64,000 bases of DNA, from contig CAYLIB010000004.1 of assembly GCA_964384035.1 (NCBI GenBank), forward strand, positions 5,340 to 69,339. The letters run 5' to 3'. Positions 47,615 to 56,574 of the stretch are shown here, piece by piece. A program made the position numbers and the translations under genes. The notes below the pieces were generated by a model that was not told the origin of the DNA, made no database searches, and saw nothing but the letters and a program-made list of their open reading frames with translations. The DNA is from an uncultured Candidatus Saccharibacteria bacterium (GTDB lineage Bacteria; Patescibacteriota; Doudnabacteria; UBA920). The first letter of the stretch is position 1. Each line of letters begins with the position of its first letter.

Positions 47615-48454
47615 ATGAAAAGGATTACCAGTCCTAGTGGCGTGGTATACGAAGTTGATACTGATCTTCCTTTGGGTGAGACTGCAAACTTCAGAATGTA
47701 CGTTTGCAAAATACCCGATGGACGGATTGGCGTGCTTAAGTGCGCTGTCTCCATTGAGCAGAATGGGCTCCTTGACCGTGAAGCTTTCTTGCTTCGGCAG
47801 ATGACCGAGGAAGCAGAGCGACGGGAAAAGGTTTACCAGGCTCTCAAACCGGGGGCGGTGGCGCTCAACTATCATCTCTGTTTTCCAAGCCTTGTGGAGA
47901 GTTTTGTTTCGAATGACCAAGGTGGTCGACGGATTAACGTTATTGGATTCTTTGGAATCTGTGATGACCAAAGAGATTTGGTGCCGTTGGCCCATGTGGT
48001 GACTCGCGATAATGCTCGGGTAGACCCGAAAACAAGCGCGTGGATTCTGGGCAAGGCGCTCAAGAGTCTCGATTTCGCACACTCTCAGGGGATTGAACTC
48101 TCCTGGGTAGACGGCGAGAATATCTTGATTAATCGTGATGACCACTTTGTCGCGTTTTTCGATTGGAGTGCGGCTAAGGTACATCCTGATGGTAGTGTTC
48201 CAAAGGCGATTGTGCGGATCGAGATTTCTAAAATCGCTTCCGCTGTTCTATTCGCCTTGGGTGCAAGCGAAATTGGGATAATTCCACCAAGCGATCAACT
48301 CCCAGATGGTCGTTATGAAGACTTTCTGGTTTCCCTTTCCCGTGGTGCATTTAGCGAAGCGGGTCAGGCACATGCGAGATTCTATGAGCTTGTTGATTCC
48401 CTCTGGGGTCGCAAGTTTCATCCCTACACAACGTTTGAACTGACAGGAGAATAA
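47615..48454 (+). CDS. APH/ChoK-family (protein-kinase-like fold) small-molecule kinase, substrate unknown
   Basis: Brenner-like catalytic motif LSWVDGENILI and FFDWSAA (compare hGDlhpgNil / liDwEya). Preferred over the overlapping minus-strand ORF 47555-48184. Confidence 0.55.
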   Translation: MKRITSPSGVVYEVDTDLPLGETANFRMYVCKIPDGRIGVLKCAVSIEQNGLLDREAFLLRQMTEEAERREKVYQALKPGAVALNYHLCFPSLVESFVSNDQGGRRINVIGFFGICDDQRDLVPLAHVVTRDNARVDPKTSAWILGKALKSLDFAHSQGIELSWVDGENILINRDDHFVAFFDWSAAKVHPDGSVPKAIVRIEISKIASAVLFALGASEIGIIPPSDQLPDGRYEDFLVSLSRGAFSEAGQAHARFYELVDSLWGRKFHPYTTFELTGE

Positions 48455-48458
48455 GCAG

Positions 48459-49679
48459 ATGAAGAATAAAGGTGGTTACTCGAGAGATGCATTTACTGCC
48501 GTAGCCGAGGAGACAGTGAAAAGATCTGGTCCCAGTGTTACGGAGAAGGCGGAACAGCGTGCGAGAGAAGGGTTGGGTCTGCATGATCTGGTTGACCCGG
48601 CGAAGTATGGAATCGTTCGTCGTTCGCTTACCTACTATCAAGACTTGGGCGATGGTCGGTATACGATTCCTCGTGGTGTTGCTATGCCATGGGAGTCGCG
48701 GTCCGACACAACTGGATCTATGGGTTATAGCATTGACGGCGTTATGATCGTGTTGCCAACGCTCTACGATTTGCTCATTGAGGGTCCGAGTCCGGTACTT
48801 GGCCGGTATGACCTGCATGTGAGCAATGGTGCGTTTGGTGACAGGTCCGACCAGTTCGTGCTGATGCGTCCGCAGTTTGAAACAGACGAGAGGGTTCTCG
48901 AACAGATGACCTATATCGTTCCTGAGCGTGCGGGCGATGATCATCCCGAAGACCCTCACTATGGTTGGTTTGCGGCGGCGTTTTTAACCCACCGTTCAAT
49001 CAATCTCTATGACCTGAAAGCGTATGACACAACGATCACCGATGCCCCGGCGCGACTTGAGTTTGATGCCGATATCGTTGAAAGGATTTTCGGCAAAGAT
49101 GTCTGGCAGAAAGCAACGGAAAATGGTTATCAGTTGAATCCACGCAAGTTGCCTTCGGTCAGGGATGTTGTCGCTGAGATGCAGAAACGCGTCCATGGCT
49201 ATGTGGCGGTGGTTCAGAGATCGGGTTATGAAAGCGCGGTGCGTTTTTACACCTCGATGTTCGGTTCCGACCACGTCGTTGTTATCCCTACTACGAGCGA
49301 GCTTGGGAGGTTCGACAAATTGCTGAAGGCCAAGGAGCGTGATGAAGCGTACAGGCTCCAGGAAGGGCTTCATTACACAGCTTTGTTGCCAGCAATTCAA
49401 GCCGCGATCATCGGGCTAACCGAAGGGACTTTGGATTTACAGGGTCTTCGTGACTATCTGACTTCCAAGGACACCTTTGGAAACTCCGCGATTTCGACTG
49501 TTGAAGCAAAGGCAGTGGTTGATGCTGTAAAAGGCATCGCCATTGGAGCACAAGCTGTGCTTCCGAATTTCTCCAAGTTGCCGCCGAAGTTCTCGATTTT
49601 CGCCAACAAGAACGATCTGTGGCCAGTGGAAGCTGGTTCGGGGAGTTCTGACAAGGGCGAGTCGGGTGTCTGGTTGTAA
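48459..49679 (+). CDS. Hypothetical protein (406 aa), no recognisable motifs
   Basis: GC-rich ORF starting 5 nt after the kinase-like gene, consistent with co-transcription. Confidence 0.5.
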   Translation: MKNKGGYSRDAFTAVAEETVKRSGPSVTEKAEQRAREGLGLHDLVDPAKYGIVRRSLTYYQDLGDGRYTIPRGVAMPWESRSDTTGSMGYSIDGVMIVLPTLYDLLIEGPSPVLGRYDLHVSNGAFGDRSDQFVLMRPQFETDERVLEQMTYIVPERAGDDHPEDPHYGWFAAAFLTHRSINLYDLKAYDTTITDAPARLEFDADIVERIFGKDVWQKATENGYQLNPRKLPSVRDVVAEMQKRVHGYVAVVQRSGYESAVRFYTSMFGSDHVVVIPTTSELGRFDKLLKAKERDEAYRLQEGLHYTALLPAIQAAIIGLTEGTLDLQGLRDYLTSKDTFGNSAISTVEAKAVVDAVKGIAIGAQAVLPNFSKLPPKFSIFANKNDLWPVEAGSGSSDKGESGVWL

Positions 49680-49708
49680 ACTCGTTGAAAGAAAACTCAA
49701 TTGAACTC

Positions 49709-49742
49709 GGGTGAGCCTTAAACAAGTTCACCCACCCTTTTT
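49709..49742 (+). terminator. Rho-independent terminator
   Basis: GGGTGA ... TCACCC stem followed by CTTTTTAT. Confidence 0.55.
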
Positions 49743-49755
49743 ATAGAGGTGAAGG

Positions 49756-51144
49756 ATGGCAAGACAAGTTTTTACGGTTACCGACTTGGGTCCGGGTGAT
49801 GGCGGAAAAGGCGGAGTAGTTCACAAAATTGCTTCGCATAAGAAAGCACATACGGTCGTAAAAGTTGGTGGCGCGCAGGGTTGTCATGGTGTTCGTACCT
49901 CAAGAGGGGAAGTTTTCAACTTTAGCCAATTGGGTTGCGGAACCTTCGAAGGCGCAAAGACTTTCATTTCGAAGAATTTTGTGGTGGATCCGGGTGGTCT
50001 GTTGGTGGAAGCCAATGACCTTCGGTATTCACACGGTATTCGAGAAGTGTTTGAACTGTTGATCCTAGACGCCGACGCTTTGTGTACGACACCATTTCAC
50101 GGGATAGCATCGAGACTTAGGGAACTTGCTCGGAAAGAGAATCAGAAAGGAATTGTAGGGCTTGGGATAGGCGAAGCCTATTTGGACTCCGAACTTCACC
50201 CTGATTTAGCTATTCGAGTGGGAGACCTTTTGGGTAGCGGGCTTGAAGAAAAGCTTGAAGCGATTCGACTCTTAAAACTTCGAGAACTTTCGGACATAAT
50301 TGATAGAATGAGCGAGTTATGGCCGGGAGATATTGAGATGGCGAGAGAAGAAATTGCTTTCTTGCAGAACCCGAATGCAGTTAGGGTTGTGGCTAATAAG
50401 TACCGCGAGTTCGCGAGAACTGTGAGGATTGTAGACACAGACTTTCTTCGGAAAGATATTCTGTTGCGAGACGGAGTAGTGGTGTTTGAAAGTTCTCATG
50501 GGATACTTACGGACAGAATTCATGGGTTTTACCCTCATACCAGTAAACTTCGAACTTTACCGGAACTAACTACATTTAACCTGTTGGATGAATGTGGATA
50601 CAACGGTCAGGTTGTGAAGTTCGGGATTACGCGTGGTTACCAGATACGGCATGGTGCTGGGCCTATGGTGACGCATAATCCTGACCTCTCTGAGTTATTG
50701 CTTCCAGGAAGCAGTGGCGAAGAAAACCGATGGAGAGGTAAGGTGCGAGTGGGGCCGTTGGATTTTGTTTCTCTGCGGTATGCGCTAGGCATAATTGACC
50801 ACTTGGATGCGATTGCTGTTACGTGGTTCGACCAGATTGGAATTTTCGGGCAGTGGCAGATATGCGATAGTTATTCTGCAAATGACCCGAAAGGATTCCT
50901 GACGGAAGAAAAGCGAGACATTAAACGTGTTCAGCTTGAGGGACAAGCTAAGCTCGATTATCAAACAGAGCTAACCCGGTTTCTGTTTGGGTGCAAGCCT
51001 AATGTAACTCATCTTGCTCTTCCTGAGAATGGAAGTAGGCAAGGTATGTCGGGTTTGTGTTCAGAGGTTTTTGCTGAAAAGCTAGGTGTTCCCGTGAGAA
51101 TGATTTCATTTGGGCCTACAGAAGTAGAAAAAATTTTGTTGTAG
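49756..51144 (+). CDS. Divergent adenylosuccinate synthetase (PurA)-family ligase
   Basis: VFTVTDLGPGDGGKGGVVHKIA...VVKVGGAQGCHGV parallels PurA VVVLGTQWGDEGKGKIVD...VVRYQGGHNAGHT, with the catalytic Asp and His positions kept. GLGIGEAYLD parallels GRGIGPAYEDK. Confidence 0.6.
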   Translation: MARQVFTVTDLGPGDGGKGGVVHKIASHKKAHTVVKVGGAQGCHGVRTSRGEVFNFSQLGCGTFEGAKTFISKNFVVDPGGLLVEANDLRYSHGIREVFELLILDADALCTTPFHGIASRLRELARKENQKGIVGLGIGEAYLDSELHPDLAIRVGDLLGSGLEEKLEAIRLLKLRELSDIIDRMSELWPGDIEMAREEIAFLQNPNAVRVVANKYREFARTVRIVDTDFLRKDILLRDGVVVFESSHGILTDRIHGFYPHTSKLRTLPELTTFNLLDECGYNGQVVKFGITRGYQIRHGAGPMVTHNPDLSELLLPGSSGEENRWRGKVRVGPLDFVSLRYALGIIDHLDAIAVTWFDQIGIFGQWQICDSYSANDPKGFLTEEKRDIKRVQLEGQAKLDYQTELTRFLFGCKPNVTHLALPENGSRQGMSGLCSEVFAEKLGVPVRMISFGPTEVEKILL

Positions 51145-51178
51145 GCAGAGTTCAAAATAAACTTTGCCTAAATTTTTT
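51144..51178 (+). terminator. Rho-independent terminator
   Basis: GGCAGAGTT-CAAAATA-AACTTTGCC hairpin plus a T6 run. Confidence 0.6.
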
Positions 51179-51346
51179 AAAAGTAGATTGACAAAAGTAA
51201 TAAAATATTGTAGTGTGTACAGTCTTCGTGGTTAGTAGATTATTGGTGAAAATAATTTTTCGACAATAATCCGCTAGTCAACGCGACATGCGGGGAAGTT
51301 CTCGTACCTAACAACAACACAATTTCAATTGGAGGAAACAATTGCC

Positions 51347-52381
51347 ATGGCAATGAACGTTGAATTGAAAACACGACTCCAGTCCGAGGAATTCGGACTC
51401 AACGATGAACAGATCGGAAAGCTCGAAGCTGCTGGTTTGAAAGAAGCGACTGACTTCGCTCTTTTGAGCGGAACTCAGATTGCTGAAATCGCGAGCGTTG
51501 GAGTCATTACTGCGTTGAAGATTGGTCAGGCGTTTGCGCCTACGCCGGTCTTTACGGCTCCGGCTGCTGCAACCTCTGATTCCGATGATCACCCGATGAC
51601 TCCGCCGTCGAAAGCGGAGGTGAACAACTTTGCCGGCTCGCTCGGTATGAGTTCGGATGTTCTGATGATGGTCCTGATGGGCAATTTGGCCGGTGGTGGA
51701 ACAAACGGCATGGACTTTTCGGGCTTGATCCCTTATGGTCCTTTGCTGCTCAGTTATAACCCGCGCCGCAAAGATATCGCTTATCAGGTACTCGCATCGC
51801 TGGAACGCCAGCTTGGCACCGACATTATCGTCATCAACAGCGACGGCTCGATTAATCGAGAGCTGACGGCTCAGTACATTGAGTCCTTGGAGCAAGGGTA
51901 TGACTCGGCTCCTGACAACATCTACACGGATCGTAATGGTGAACTCCATGAGATCGTTCGTGTCGGTGTGGACGCGCAGAGTATCGCGGACGCGGATCCG
52001 CTCGATTCAACCAAGGCCCTTCAGCAGAACGGTCAGGGTATCGGTCGAATTCAGTGGGGTGGTGTCAGTCTCGACGTTCGTCAGACTGTTTACTTCGCCG
52101 TCAAGACTGGTGAAGTCGGTCCGGCCAATGAGTCCAGCCTGGTGTGGTTGCGTGACAACGTCAAACCCGGAATGAATCGTTTGATTTTGAGTCGCCAGGC
52201 TCCGAAGGCGATAGCAATGTTCAACGAAGCGTCTCGGACGGGCAACCTGCCCACTCTTCGGGTGATGCTGGGCCGTGGTCCACGCAAGCAGGAAGTGACG
52301 AATCGTCGCCGTTTTACTACGCCCAAGGACCTGAGTGGCATCGGTCGCAACAACCCCTTTAACGAAGACGATCGTCTGTAA
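51347..52381 (+). CDS. Hypothetical protein (345 aa)
   Basis: ATG at 51347 with GGAGG 12 nt upstream; the track's TTG start at 51329 is less likely. Preferred over the overlapping minus-strand ORF 51308-51949. Confidence 0.5.
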   Translation: MAMNVELKTRLQSEEFGLNDEQIGKLEAAGLKEATDFALLSGTQIAEIASVGVITALKIGQAFAPTPVFTAPAAATSDSDDHPMTPPSKAEVNNFAGSLGMSSDVLMMVLMGNLAGGGTNGMDFSGLIPYGPLLLSYNPRRKDIAYQVLASLERQLGTDIIVINSDGSINRELTAQYIESLEQGYDSAPDNIYTDRNGELHEIVRVGVDAQSIADADPLDSTKALQQNGQGIGRIQWGGVSLDVRQTVYFAVKTGEVGPANESSLVWLRDNVKPGMNRLILSRQAPKAIAMFNEASRTGNLPTLRVMLGRGPRKQEVTNRRRFTTPKDLSGIGRNNPFNEDDRL

Positions 52382-52391
52382 TCGTCTGAAT

Positions 52392-52421
52392 GGATAACTT
52401 TAAAAAGAGTTATCCTTTTTT
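52392..52421. terminator. Bidirectional terminator between convergent genes
   Basis: GGATAACT-TTAAAAAG-AGTTATCC hairpin plus a T6 run. Confidence 0.7.
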
Positions 52422-54363
52422 ATTTGTCCAGATTTGGGAGGAAAACTTTGTCTATATATAGTTTGCTCGCGAGTCTTCTGTAGCCGGGGTCCCAGAATGT
52501 ACTTTCACCGTCTACTTCTGCTTTGTGTTTGCTTCTAACTCCCGGTATGGCTGGATGGAATCTTTCGTAGCCTTTATGTAGTAGGCGATATTGTAATGTG
52601 TCGCGCTCCATGGCCTCTAGCCATATTCTTCTGGCTGGTTGGTTTTCTATTTTTTTGTCTTTTGGGTGCAAGAATCCTGGAAGAGTTTTTTTGTAAATTT
52701 CTTTAATGCTATCTGTGTTACCTACCCAAACGCCGCCTAAGAGTACGTGGGAAAGTGAGCTGTCGCCAAGATGGTTGTCTGGAGTTGGAAAGTCTTGGAT
52801 GTTTAATTCTTCTTCGGTTTCATATAGCCAAAACTGCATTGCTTCGCCTTCGGCTTTGTGGTTGCCGAAATGTGTTTTGAGTAACTTCTCTATTTGAGGT
52901 TTGTCAGTGGAAGGTATTCCTGGTTTGATAAATATAGCTATGTCTACGTCGGCTGTTATTTTTCCGTAACCTTTTACTTTAGAACCATACATAATGGCAA
53001 TGGGATAGATGAATTTAGAAAGTTCTGGATTTTCTTCAATGGTTTTAATCATCTCGTTTAGTTCTGAAATTTCTTTTTCCACCTGACTGTTTTCAATCGA
53101 AAATGCAGAATCTAACTTGGGGATTTTAAAACCTTTTTGTGAAATGCTATTTTCGTCTACAAGACCTAGAGAGTGTAGACGCGACCAAAACACTAACAGT
53201 GAATCTTGTATTTCTAGATCTCCGGTTTTTTGTATTTGCTCAAGTAAAGGTTCTAATCTTTTTAGTAAATCTTCTGTGTTCTGGGGTTTGGACTCAAGGG
53301 TTTTTCCTAATGTCTTGATGACTAGGAGTTTATAAACTTTACCTTCTGTATTGGCGATTCCCGATATTTGTTCTGGTGTTAGATTGCCTTCTTTTAAACT
53401 CTCGGATAGTGCTTCTGCGAATTGTTCTAGAATTGCGTTTTCCTCTGTGAGTCTTAGCCAATCTGCCCTGGCTTTGGGGAGGTTAGTGAGATTTCTTTCG
53501 TATCTTGTACTTAATTCGGCGAGTGATGTTTGAAATTTAATAGCTAGGTTAGTTTTTTCTAACTTAGGTTTTTCGGAATGTTGGGTATGTGTTACAGATT
53601 CTATTTGAGATTTTAAGTTTACTAATACATCTTCTCCAGATTCTTCCAATTGTTTTAGAAGTTCCTCTGAGAAAGGATTTTGTTCGTTTAGAATGAGTAG
53701 TGTGTCTGCTAGGCTTTGTTTTTGAATTGGGTCTTTTGCTTCGACGATTAGTTTAATAACATCGGAATGGGAGAGGTAGTTTTTTTCTACAAGCTTAACA
53801 GCAAGGTGGCCTGCTTTGGCGACTCTTGGTAGTGGTTCACTACGAATTTCTGGTTCGGGAATATTGCCGTCTTTGAAATTTGCCGGGATGTCAAAAATTT
53901 CTAACTGTTCATGCCAGCGTTGCATGTAGACCTCAGAGAAGTGTTTTGCGGATTCTGCAAGTGGTTTAGATTTCGTTTTTAGGTTTTTTTCTGGGAGTAA
54001 CTCGAAGGGTAAATATAAAATGAGTCGGCCGTAGTCTGGGTCGCTTAGTAGTTCTGTTAGTTTGTCGTATAGGTCGGCGAGTTCTTTTGGGGTTACTTGT
54101 TTTTCTTTTAGGGCTTCGGTGAAGTTTTTTGTGGGGTCGGGGATGCGCTCGAAAATAGCCCTAACCAGAACAGAGAGTTCTCGTCTTTTTTCGGCGAGTT
54201 GTTTTAATTCTGGGTTGTTTTTTATTTCTTCTGGCCAGGGGGACTCTGGGTCTTGTGGATTCAGTAAATATTCGGTGGCGGGTTTGAATACTTTTATGTT
54301 TTTTTCTTTTTCCCGAAATTCTTGTTGTGCTTCCGGGGGAGTGAATCTTTCTGCTGTAGTCAT
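52420..54363 (-). CDS. Large protein with a C-terminal Pol-beta-superfamily nucleotidyltransferase domain; N-terminal ~450 aa helical, unknown
   Basis: NTase motif GSKVKGYGKITADVDIAIF. The gene is conspicuously AT-richer than its neighbours (~33 % GC in a sampled line). Confidence 0.6.
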   Translation of the reverse strand: MTTAERFTPPEAQQEFREKEKNIKVFKPATEYLLNPQDPESPWPEEIKNNPELKQLAEKRRELSVLVRAIFERIPDPTKNFTEALKEKQVTPKELADLYDKLTELLSDPDYGRLILYLPFELLPEKNLKTKSKPLAESAKHFSEVYMQRWHEQLEIFDIPANFKDGNIPEPEIRSEPLPRVAKAGHLAVKLVEKNYLSHSDVIKLIVEAKDPIQKQSLADTLLILNEQNPFSEELLKQLEESGEDVLVNLKSQIESVTHTQHSEKPKLEKTNLAIKFQTSLAELSTRYERNLTNLPKARADWLRLTEENAILEQFAEALSESLKEGNLTPEQISGIANTEGKVYKLLVIKTLGKTLESKPQNTEDLLKRLEPLLEQIQKTGDLEIQDSLLVFWSRLHSLGLVDENSISQKGFKIPKLDSAFSIENSQVEKEISELNEMIKTIEENPELSKFIYPIAIMYGSKVKGYGKITADVDIAIFIKPGIPSTDKPQIEKLLKTHFGNHKAEGEAMQFWLYETEEELNIQDFPTPDNHLGDSSLSHVLLGGVWVGNTDSIKEIYKKTLPGFLHPKDKKIENQPARRIWLEAMERDTLQYRLLHKGYERFHPAIPGVRSKHKAEVDGESTFWDPGYRRLASKLYIDKVFLPNLDK

Positions 54364-54483
54364 GCATTTATCGTATACTGGACAATTAAACCTTACAAGA
54401 AGCTTGATTTTAGTGAGCTTTTTCTATATAGTGCAATTTCAGTTTTCTGAGTGTTGGAATTTCAAAAATGCAAAGGAGAAAAT

Positions 54484-55230
54484 ATGATGGAGCTGAAAAA
54501 TCGCTACGAAGGCGTGTTTGTTATGAGACCCAATGTAGCTTGTCTCAATACCGATACGCTAAATGGGTTCATGGAAGGATATCCTCTCGGTGTGCCAGGG
54601 TTCAATAAAGAGTTCACTCAAAGAGTAGTTAAGGTGAACTTGCAGACTCCCTTTGAAAGACGCGTGTTGCTTGGTGATAACCACCCCTACGATTCTTGGA
54701 CATACGCAAAGAATTTTAAGGTTCCGAATTTTGCTAAGATTACCTATGAGCAATCTTTGGGTTTTACTGAGGCGAGTTTTTTACCCGGGATGCGTTGGAA
54801 AAAGCAAAACTTGGTCAACTACCTTGCGAGAGTAGGAAGTATGACGGTTTTCCCCGAGCATTGTGGGGCTGGAACAGATGAGGTCCTGCCGCCACCGGAG
54901 CTGCTTGAGATCGGGTTTGGGTTGTACTGGCCAAAAGCCAATGGGTGGGCGGAATCTCATTCGGGGTTTACTGATGCTTATGGCGATGACACTGGTCTGG
55001 AAGCAGCTCTTCGCACCAGAGCGGTTAACACTCTTGTGGTTACAGGTGTTGTTACCGAGATTTGTGTTCACGCTACTGCAGAAGACGCAAAGCGAAGAGG
55101 GTTCGATGTTTTTGTGGTTTTGGATGCCATCGCCGAGCTTAGTCCGGATGGTGGTAGAAAAGCCCTACTTGATCTGGACAGGCAAGGTGTTAGGTTCCTG
55201 ACCAGCGACCAGATTCAGCTTCATTATTAG
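54484..55230 (+). CDS. Isochorismatase-family cysteine hydrolase, putative nicotinamidase (PncA-like)
   Basis: Catalytic-Cys region LVVTGVVTEICVHATAEDAKRRGFDVFVVLDA. AAGGAG lies 5 nt before the ATG at 54484; NAD-salvage context. Confidence 0.6.
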   Translation: MMELKNRYEGVFVMRPNVACLNTDTLNGFMEGYPLGVPGFNKEFTQRVVKVNLQTPFERRVLLGDNHPYDSWTYAKNFKVPNFAKITYEQSLGFTEASFLPGMRWKKQNLVNYLARVGSMTVFPEHCGAGTDEVLPPPELLEIGFGLYWPKANGWAESHSGFTDAYGDDTGLEAALRTRAVNTLVVTGVVTEICVHATAEDAKRRGFDVFVVLDAIAELSPDGGRKALLDLDRQGVRFLTSDQIQLHY

Positions 55231-55357
55231 AAAAGCTACCCGTGAAAGTAGTATTTTTTTATCTAAAAGTTGAGTCACATCGTGGACAATGTGTGGCTTT
55301 TGGATTATTATGCAGTCTTTCCTCTTGCCGAAAATTTAAACTATTTAGGGGGTAAAA

Positions 55358-55675
55358 ATGGTAATTGGTTATTTTGTCTGGGCGGCGATATATGGGGCTT
55401 TGGTGGCTCTTTTCACCGCTCTTGGATTTGACTTCGAGGCTAACAGCTTAAATGAGACGAAAGGACAAAGGTTGCTCAAGGCGGTAGTGGTGTCGTTTGC
55501 TTTTACGGCATTTACGTCGCTTCCTTTTGTCTATGTTCCGTGTGCTTTAATTAACTGGTATTTTAAGCCGGGCGGAGGCCTTGCTTTTAAGGCAGCTGGT
55601 ATATCGCTACCTTGGCTAATTTCCGTGATCTCGGCAGTTATGGTCTCCTTTTCAATAAAGCTTAGATATAAGTAA
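55358..55675 (+). CDS. Small membrane protein, hypothetical
   Basis: 105 aa with three hydrophobic helices. Confidence 0.45.
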   Translation: MVIGYFVWAAIYGALVALFTALGFDFEANSLNETKGQRLLKAVVVSFAFTAFTSLPFVYVPCALINWYFKPGGGLAFKAAGISLPWLISVISAVMVSFSIKLRYK

Positions 55676-55713
55676 GATACTGCGAAAGTTGTTCGCGGTT
55701 TTTTATTTAGGAT

Positions 55714-55742
55714 TTGATAAAAGGGCTTAAAATTGGTATTAT
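55714..55742 (+). promoter_or_regulatory. Promoter TTGATA-17-TATTAT upstream of the nadD-like gene
   Basis: Read directly. Confidence 0.55.
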
Positions 55743-55759
55743 TTAGTGTTTTAATACCA
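55734..55759. promoter_or_regulatory. Perfect 8-bp inverted repeat TGGTATTA-N10-TAATACCA overlapping the -10 element; candidate operator
   Basis: Read directly; a related half-site TGGTATT lies in the pncB promoter at 57583-57589. Confidence 0.4.
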
Positions 55760-55777
55760 TTTTTCAAGGAGAGGAAT

Positions 55778-56356
55778 ATGGAGAGACTTGCTTTGTTTGG
55801 AGGAGCGTTTGATCCGTTTGGGAATCATCATTTGGAAGTTGTTAACGCCTTAATCAAATGTCAGTTTGTGGACCGAGTTGTGGTTTTTCCTTCCGGGGAC
55901 AGGCCGGACAAGCCTTACATTACAAAAGGTGTTCACCGGGGGGAAATGATTCGTTTGGCTTGTGAGAGACTGCGAAGGGTGCAAGTAGATTTATCGGACA
56001 TCACGGAAGGGACTTATAGTCGGGCTTGGGACTTGCAGATGAAGTTTGGCAAGAAGTACGAAGTTCTGCATGTAATCGGTTCGGACTGGCTGGTGGTGGG
56101 TGAAGATGGAATTGTGCCGGTAAAGAAATGGTTTAAAGGAAACGAGCTTTGGGATAATGCGCAGTTCTTAATTGTTACAAGACCGGGGTTCGAATACGGT
56201 GCGATTCAGACACCGACGAAGTCTTTTACTTTAAAACTTGAGAGACAAGGTTCGAGTACGGAAATTCGGAATTTAGTGAAAGCGGGAAAATGTATTTCCG
56301 GACTTGTAGACCCCAAAGTGGAAAAGTATATTTATGAAAATGAGTTGTATGTTTAG
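55778..56356 (+). CDS. nadD: Nicotinate/nicotinamide mononucleotide adenylyltransferase (NadD/NadM-like)
   Basis: LFGGAFDPFGNHH (variant of the (H/T)xGH motif) and a C-terminal SSTEIR motif. Start taken at 55778 with AAGGAGAGG upstream. Confidence 0.7.
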   Translation: MERLALFGGAFDPFGNHHLEVVNALIKCQFVDRVVVFPSGDRPDKPYITKGVHRGEMIRLACERLRRVQVDLSDITEGTYSRAWDLQMKFGKKYEVLHVIGSDWLVVGEDGIVPVKKWFKGNELWDNAQFLIVTRPGFEYGAIQTPTKSFTLKLERQGSSTEIRNLVKAGKCISGLVDPKVEKYIYENELYV

Positions 56357-56493
56357 TCTGGCATGGACTGTTGTTTCTGTGCCAGAAATATTTTTAGAGG
56401 TTTTTATCTGAACTACTCGGATGGAAATTTCTGGGCTTGAAAAGTTCGAGCCTGAAGTACTAACAACCGAAGAAAATAATTGGAGGAAACGAG

Positions 56494-56556
56494 ATGCGGA
56501 AATTAATCGTGTCTACTGAGTTCAAAGCGGGTAAGTGGGTGATTGAAAAGATCTAG
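56494..56556 (+). CDS. 20-codon candidate leader peptide (MRKLIVSTEFKAGKWVIEKI) preceded by the recurring AATTGGAGGAAAC motif
   Basis: ATG lies 4 nt after GGAGGAAAC; the motif also occurs at 51327 and 57627. Confidence 0.25.
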   Translation: MRKLIVSTEFKAGKWVIEKI

Positions 56557-56574
56557 GATGCAACGGCGGGTTTG

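Noticed and set aside
47555-48184. Minus-strand 209-aa ORF antisense to the APH-like kinase gene
   Set aside because: The plus-strand frame has recognisable kinase motifs and sits in an operon-like plus-strand array. The antisense frame is typical of GC-rich coding DNA producing long spurious ORFs.
51308-51949. Minus-strand 213-aa ORF antisense to the 51347 gene
   Set aside because: It is Arg-rich and low-complexity (RSRKDRRRRKR...). The plus-strand ORF has an SD and is longer.
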